Source: Eledone cirrhosa (lineage: Eukaryota). From it: 64,000 bases of DNA. Below are positions 56,583 to 64,000 of the stretch, in pieces. The notes beneath the pieces were generated by a model, which worked only from the letters and a program-made list of their open reading frames with translations, was not told the DNA's origin and ran no database searches. Each line of letters opens with the position of its first letter. Positions within the stretch are counted from its first letter, which is position 1. A program made the translations under genes and the position numbers. Where the stretch lies: positions 60,512,001 to 60,576,000 of the forward strand of contig OZ024742.1 of the NCBI GenBank assembly GCA_964016885.1, given 5' to 3'.

Positions 56583-56658
56583 TTACCTCATTACCAGAGG
56601 TTTCCCGAATGAGGCGAATACGAAATAAACGACTTCATTCGTTCGTCAGACGAGGCAA
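56583..56658 (-). ncRNA. Type I hammerhead ribozyme in PLE tail (about 56480-57350, minus)
   Basis: Minus: TTGCCTCGT-CTGACGA-a cgaatga..tcattcg g-GAA ACC tct GGT A-ATGAGGTAA; 9-bp stem I. Confidence 0.85.
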
Positions 56659-57399
56659 TATAAAACATGGGCAAATACTTAGAAAAACACATCAAGAAAA
56701 TCAAAAAAAGATATAGATAAATGAAATAGAGATTGAAATATATAAAAATCTATCAAGAAATATAGTTAGGTGTGTGTATATGTATGTATATACGCTCACA
56801 GATGTGCATATATGTATATGCGCACATGTATGTGTATAGTGAGAAAGTGTGCGTAATTCTAAAATTTAGGGCAAATGTATCTATATGTCTGTATTATACA
56901 GACAGAAATGGTTACATCGTAAATATATGAATATGAAAGCGCGCGCATAAAACGCTTACACACTCGTACACTTAGATGCGGAAAGAAGGGAGGTAAGGGA
57001 GTGTAATAATTAAAAGAAAAGTATCAGTCTCGATATATTTATAAAAATATAATAACGATAAATTAGAAAGAAAAGATATTAGAAAGAAAAAATTAAAGAA
57101 AACAAAAAAGGGGGGTACATACATACACAGACACGCGTGTCTCACAAAAGAAATGTAAAAATATTATGCTTATATACACACGCGCACTTACACATCCATA
57201 CGTTCGATACGTACATACACACACACACACACACATACCTATACTCACGCATGTAAACCTGTATACATGCCCACGTATGAAACTGAGTAAGTAAAAAAAG
57301 GGAAGGGGGGGGGGGAAGAAAAAAGGAACAAAACATAAACATCTCGGTTTTATGTTTTGTTCCTTTTTTCTTCTCCCCCCTTCCCTTACTCCAAGTAGC

Positions 57400-58850
57400 A
57401 AACTAAGAATCAACCCTAGAATAGGAATGAGAAATGGGATGACAAATAACAAATCCCCAAGTAATAGTAACCCTAGGAAGGCCCCTACCAACTCCACTAG
57501 AACCCCTAGACGGAATAGACCTAGAAATATCACCTGGCTCAACCCACCATTCTCATCTAATCTAGCCACTAATATACCCAAACACTTCTTCTCTATCCTA
57601 TCCAAACACTTCCCCCCTAACCATAGATATTACAAACTCTTTAATAAAAATAACATTAAAATCTCATTCTCCACAACACATAACCTAGCTAGCCACATCG
57701 CGTTCAGTAACCATCATAAGATAAGACAGTATAACTCCCACACCGCGGTACCACCACCCCTGTCAAATACACCACGCCACTACACCAATAATTACTCTAG
57801 TAGCACATCTCCCCCATCTAATCCTTCTAGCACGGACCAACCGCTTAGGTTAAACAACCCTACTCTCACTAACCGCAGAAGCAACTGCAACTGCCGTTAC
57901 CCCAACGCATGCCCGTTAAATGGACACTGCCTGACACCTAACACAGTCTATAGGTGCACGGTTGAGACTGCGTCGAATACCAGCTCTTATATCGGGTCAA
58001 CCTCTAACCCTTTTAAGGTACGCTATAACGCGCACTCTTTTTCGTTCCGAGACCCTAGCAACAGATTGTTCGACATCGCTAGCTAGGCTCATTAAAAACC
58101 TTAAATTAAACAACGTTCAACACTCACTGAAATGGGATATCGTAGCTAGGGCCCAACCGTTCAATGGACGAAGAAAATCTTGTGATCTCTGTGTTACGGA
58201 AGCATATTACATAACTCTACCGATTCACGATAGAACGGAGGTAACCATTAGCTGTCAACATCGAAGGGCTAATTCCTTCGCCAATAGAGTTTTTGACCCA
58301 ACTTAGTCATGTAGCCCCATTCCTACTTGTAGCTAATAAGTTAAATTGCTATGAACAACTCAATAATTATAAGTTACCTCCCCTACATTGCCTCTCAATT
58401 AAAAAATTTAAATACTAGCTCTTAACTATAAATACTCACAATCTCTAATCTCTCGAGAAGTTACTTCCCCTGAAACCACCCTCTAATTAGTAAGGTAAAT
58501 ATGCCCTTTGGCAGCCATCTTGTTACCCATAGGCAGATCTCACACAATGCAGTCTCGTCAGATGAATACTGCTTGATTATGGCTGACAGCTGATGCAAAC
58601 AAGACACCATAGTAAAAACCAATATATGGAACAGTATATTATGTAACATTACTTTAATTTATATTCCTTTGAGTTCCGATGAGCCACTCTGTTTTTTTTA
58701 AATATGTTAATTATTTTCAACTGAACCAGATCAATTATGATATATAGTCATCTGATCCAGAAATAATATATGGAGTAGCGAAACAATTGTAAACGGACAT
58801 TATTATTATTAATATAATTATTATTATTCTCTATATTCCTTACATCAAAC
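57400..58850 (+). mobile_element. PLE 3' fragment (thumb/linker, Hydra-like GIY-YIG, tail), frameshifted near 58075
   Basis: RNITWLNPPFSSNLATNI..HFPPNHRYYKLFNKNNIKISFS..CNCRYPNACPLNGHCL..VYRCTV..YIGSTSNPFKVRYNAH; then TSLARLI..WDIV..CDLCVTE..CQH. Confidence 0.9.
58673..58794 (+). ncRNA. Variant hammerhead (CCGATGA core, about 95-nt stem II)
   Basis: gtt-CCGATGA-gc c actct..ggagt a gc-GAA ACAATTGT A-aac, with possible tcc/gga stem I extension. Confidence 0.6.
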
Positions 58851-59112
58851 TAAAATATGTTGACAATCTTTTAATAATGTCTTCCTTGTGAAGTGTGTGG
58901 TCTTGTTTTGCTTAACTAATGAATATTTCCAGCTCTGCGTTCCTAACTTCTGCATGAACCCAGCCACCTAGCTGCTTTCTACTGCATATTGCACATTGAG
59001 CACACGCCTTTACGCTTTGCCTTCTAACTAACTCACCAATCTCTCCTCTCATATCTCCTCCACTATCTCCATCTCTCACTTTAAGATTGGTTACTCCTGA
59101 ACTGTGTATATA

Positions 59113-59194
<82 letters not shown>

Positions 59195-59701
59195 GAGAAG
59201 AAAGAGGAATACTGCGTGGTTGCACATGGGTTACATATTTTAAAATTAGTCCCTCGTCAGTGATTTGCCAACCATCATTGGTATTTCATCGCATTAAAAA
59301 TCATATACCTCAGGTTGGGTCGAGCAATAACTAAAAAAAGCTATTGGGACAAGTGAATCGCGTAAAGCGAGTGAGACAGGTAAACAACATAGAAGGATAA
59401 AAGCAAACCGAAGATAGGAAAAAAAACAAGTAACATGGTTATTCGGTCAGCATAAGCTGGGTGAATTTCATGAGCGACAGAATACAGACCGTCCGACGTG
59501 AGTGAGATGTGAGCAAGAAAGGACTCAACTACTAACGAAGCGGGAGGAAGTGAGAAGGGGAGAAACAGAGAGTGAGTGAGTGGAAGTGCGAGGAAGAGGT
59601 CAGTCGAAAGAAAGTGTAACTGACAGAGGGGGCGATAGAAGGTGAGAGAAACATAGAGAACGGGGGAGCAGTAAGAGAGAAACAGAGAAACAGACAATAT
59701 A

Positions 59702-59740
<39 letters not shown>

Positions 59741-60479
59741 CTCTTCACAAAGGTATATCTTGATTATACGCGCAGAGAATGTTTCATCATCAAAAAGAAT
59801 TTATTCACATACATATGAATATGTACAATCATACTTTTATATATGTATAAATGTATATATTTATTTATATGAATTTGTTATTTTAACATCGATTTGCATA
59901 TGATACGCATATTCACAAATACACCTCAAATTAATATACATACATATGTATGTTTTTCTATGTGTGAGTATGTGGATAGAAGCGTATAGGTCAACGTTAT
60001 ATATTGTAGCCATAATTGTGAGTTTGTGATACATTATGCATTTTTCAAACAAATCCCATGCGGAAAAGTTCCTTACGTTTGTTCTCCCTAAGAGTTAAAA
60101 GTGTTTCAAAGTAAATAAGTCCCGAAGTAAATATATTTTTATATAGAAGTTGACATTCTGTTAATGCATTTCAACGAATATACATCTCGGTCTTCTGGCA
60201 AAACACTCCATTACGTAGATGAATCCCCGTTAAAATTCTTCGTCCATTAAGTTAAAATCGTGCATTAGATGTTACTGTCTAACCAAACGATTTATGATTT
60301 GAAATGATAAATCGCTGGCTAATTTCACCTACCAAAAGACAATCTGATCATGATGTCATTAGATTTTTCTCTGTATGAAATATGGAATTCATTTGAATGC
60401 AGAAGTTGGAATTTAAGTTAAGAAAAATCTGAATTGGATTGTAGTGATAGGTAGGAATCGGCGAATTAAAACGTAAAGC

Positions 60480-60745
60480 AAAATGCCTTGTGATATTTAT
60501 CTCAGCTCTCATTTAGCACTGAGGTCAAATCCCTCTGAGAAATGACAAGTTTGTATTTTATCCTTGCCGTGGTGACAAAGTAATATTCAAGAACAGTGAC
60601 GTGGTGCAACGGAATTCTACATGCGCCAGTCATACGGTATTTGATCAGGCTCTCACTGTGCTCTGCGTTCAAATCCCACCAAACAGACGAACTATATCGT
60701 TCATCTTTTTGGGGTCGATAATAAAAAATACCGCTCCAGGTAGTG
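60480..60745 (+). mobile_element. Two old, degenerate SINE remnants
   Basis: gttcaaatccc..ttcatctttttggggtcgataataaaaaatacc. Confidence 0.55.
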
Positions 60746-61284
60746 AAATAGTAGAATTGATATAGCACCAAACGAATTGTCAAATGGTATATTTTCTGGT
60801 TCTAGTAGTGCTATGAGAGCAAATCCTGTCAAGGCCCACTTTGCCATTCAATTAATAAGTGTCAATAGAATAAATTGCAACGTTTTTCCTTCCAGCTGTC
60901 GGATCCTAAATATAGAGTGGGTATACAATTTGGCTCGAAACTCATTGGCAACCTAAATCGTGGTACATAATACTAAACCTATTGAATAGTTAATAAGCTT
61001 GCCTTTGACGACCTAGAGAAATTAGATTATTAAGGGTGTTTACTAGGAATTATAGGCGTACAGTTTATACAACACATTCAGAGAAGGATAGAGAGTATTA
61101 TTTTAATATAATGTTATCCAAAGCCTAAACAAGATATGAGAGATCAGCAATGAAATTCATTAATCAATAATCCGTTTGCTATCAAATCTTATCTTCCATC
61201 AACAAAGGTCCTTTGTTAAAAAATTCCGCAACAGCAACAATAACAACAAAAATAATAATGATAATAATAATGATGATAATAATA

Positions 61285-61460
61285 ATAATTGTTTCTACTT
61301 TTGGCACAAGGCCAGCAAATAGTCAGTGTATTACTGGTACTTTATTTTATCGACTCCGTAAAGTGGAAAGGCAAAGTTAACCTCGGCGGGATTCGAACTC
61401 AGAATGGCAAGGACCGGAACTCTATACGTCAAAGCATGGCGTCCGTCCTTCTACCGATAT
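61285..61460 (-). mobile_element. tRNA-derived SINE with (AAT)n flanks
   Basis: Reverse-complement copy of the SINE family. Confidence 0.85.
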
Positions 61461-61794
61461 AATAATAATAATAAACATAAAAATCATCATCATTTTTGTA
61501 TCAAAGAAATTGACCAATTTAAGAAATACTTTACTAAGAATGAAAAAAATGTAATTATATTTCAGTAACGTTTATATTTTATCGAATCAACATTTTAATT
61601 AGACATCAATTAAGATAATTCCAGAACGTAATATATATTTTCCTCGATAAATACAGTTTACGCTTATAGAAAAAATAAGTTTTTTCAATTTATTTTTCTC
61701 TGCTATGTAGGATTGGTACTCATTTAGCTAACTTATTTATTCATTATATATATTTTATTTCAATATGTATATATATATTACCACAATTCCTTTG

Positions 61795-61861
<67 letters not shown>

Positions 61862-61864
<3 letters not shown>

Positions 61865-62050
61865 CAAAGGAATTGTGGTAAGGAGCCAGAAGGACCATAA
61901 CGTACCAGAGTACTCAATATTTAGGGTAGTAGAGTGGGAATTAGGAAGAAGTATGACCCCGACGGCAGAGCTCAAGCCGTTTCGACGGCTATTCCAGAAA
62001 TAGCCGTCGAAACGGCTTGAACTCTGCCGTCGGAGTCATACTTTTTCCTA
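61862..62050. mobile_element. Solo tail of the 8921-10622 PLE family, ending in a fold-back palindrome (61942-62050)
   Basis: 61862-61995 matches 8921-9055. gacggcagagctcaagccgtttcgacggctatt ccaga aatagccgtcgaaacggcttgaactctgccgtc. Confidence 0.85.
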
Positions 62051-62059
62051 TATATATAT

Positions 62060-64000
62060 ATTGTTATACTTTGGGAGGGTCATATTTGTGTAATAATATT
62101 GCCAGAATTAATAAAGAGAACACACTCACTGTTTGGTTGGTTTTCGCTTCTGTGTCTTTTATATTAGTTAATTTAATTTATTCGGTCCCCAATGTTACCA
62201 TTGACTGACCAACGGTCAAAAATACAAATATAATATAGACACAAACACATATATATAGTCTAACAAAGTTCTTTCGTTGCACATCTGCAACATCGTCAGT
62301 GGTGCTATTATGTTTCCTCCCGTTGTATTGTATGCCTACGCCTTCTTTATTTAGTCTGTTCATTTATTTATTTATTTATTTATTTTTGCCTGTGTGTATT
62401 GTGTTTGAGTGACTGTGTATTGGTTATTGTATTCTATCTTAGTTTACTAGTGTGTGTTTATATATGTTTGTTGTTATTGTGCTTTTGTATGTATTTATTT
62501 ATTTTATTTATTTATTTAAACTTATCTTAGGTCAGTATTGTTTGTTTGGGTGTTGTTGTTATTCCATTCATTTTTTCTGTTTAGCCTTGGCCTTCTAAGA
62601 TCTATTTCGCTGGCCTCTCTGATTTGCATATTTGCTGGGTCATTTCTATGTTTAGATATTATTTTAATTTCTATGTTGTCTATGTTACCGTCGTGTTATT
62701 GTCTGACATGTTCGTATAGTACTGAACCGTTTTTTCTTCCTTTTAGTTCCCCCCAGTGTTGGTCTATCCTTTCACCTATACTACGAGCTGTCTCGCCTAT
62801 GTACGTTGTTGTCATGTTTCTGCAAGTAACCTCTGTATATCTTATGCTGTAGACTACGTTTCTAGTCTTACAGTTTATCTGGGGGTTTACTTTACATATA
62901 ATACATTTCCTATTAGTACAGTGGGTTTTCTTAAAAGGGTAGGTTTTGCTGATCAGGGATTTTATGGTGGTACCTGGCTTTTCTACCACCTTAATCTTTA
63001 AGTGGGTCTTTCTCAGGAGGGCATTTCTACACTGGTTAGCTAATTTCCCTCCAGGGGTAGCGTCCACAAACATGACACTCTGGTATCTCTGGTTGTCGTA
63101 CCATGAAGTGGCTTTCCCTATCATATGTCTAGTCCTATCTAAGCTATTTCATGATTTGCTCCTGTATAATGGGCAAATTCCTTTCATGTCCAGTTCTATG
63201 AGAGTCTTATACTTCTCCGTGGCTCCTTCGTATACTCTTATTCTGTGTCTTTGGTTGTAGCCAGAGAACTGCATGTGGTTGATGAAGTGTTGGATGTGTC
63301 TTTCTATTTCTGTTGGGTGGCACATGCAGGACACGCTCTTTATCACTCGTACCAAGTCTGCGATCAGAATATTAAACTTAGCACTACTGGACATTGCTGA
63401 GTTTTAGAGTATCAGGTATTTGGAGGCCATGGGTTTAGCGTAGTGTGAGTGGAGAATTTGGGCTCTCTCGTCTATAGTGTTAATCCAGAGTTCCGTGTCT
63501 AATACAGGTAGTCTATTGTTAGGGTGTTTGGAATAGTAGTCGATAGTTACAGTTATACTCTGGTGTATGGAATTAGTTATCTGCTGCATGTTTTCCATTG
63601 TGCTACGTTCTAAATCAAACTTGTTAGTACTCTCTTGTCGGGATGTTCTTATTACTATATTGATGTCGTCTACGTAACGAGAGTACATGATGAGGTCTAT
63701 GGAGCTCTCATCAAGTAGGTATTTGAGTCTCCTTTCCCACCATTCCATAAAAAGGTTGGCAACGTCACCAGCTTTGCTGACGCCAATGGTTGCTACCTCA
63801 TTTTGGGTGTAGATCTTCTCGTTGAATTTGAATATGTGGCCCTTTAAGGTAGTTTTGATACTATCCCATATTGCATGTGCGACCATTTTTCTTACCTTAT
63901 CATTGTTTTGGGGGGTCCGTATAGCTTTGATCCACCCAATCCACCTTCCCATGGGAGTCTTTTTGCCATTGAGGTTATGGTGGGGGTCTACCTCTTATAG
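62060..64000 (-). mobile_element. Penelope-like element (RT, GIY-YIG), frameshifted, running off the window end; clade uncertain (Nematis/Neptune-like)
   Basis: IYTQNEVATIG..ANLFME, YSRYVDDI, RLPVLDTELW, HYAKPMAS, FVDATPGGKLA, CTNRKCIIC..CKTRNVVYSI..YIGETARSIGERIDQH. Confidence 0.9.

Noticed and set aside
59225-59262. Hammerhead-like CTGACGA on minus
   Set aside because: GAAA is replaced by AAAA and stems I and II do not pair convincingly.

Overview
AT-rich, microsatellite-dense animal DNA. The tRNA-derived Meta-domain SINE family suggests a cephalopod, probably an octopus (inference). I found no credible host gene. The window is a set of decayed retroelements inserted into (TA)n tracts: about 9 Penelope-like element (PLE) fragments, RTE-, CR1-like and CRE-type LINE pieces, SINEs and one hAT MITE. 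The central feature is a 16.9-kb array (about 19561-36483) of 54 full and 1 partial near-identical 310-bp units. On the minus strand every unit carries a complete type I hammerhead ribozyme (HHR): GUAGUC-CUGAAGA-stem II-GAAACGCGUA^GAUUAC, with a palindromic minimal stem III on top of a 16-bp extended stem. This is the architecture of a non-LTR retrozyme (ribozyme satellite, a predicted source of circular RNA). More than a dozen further intact, variant or broken hammerheads lie in the PLE termini around it. Several fold-back palindromes are centred on ribozyme motifs or (TA)n tracts. All structures were folded by eye; no activity or database check was possible.
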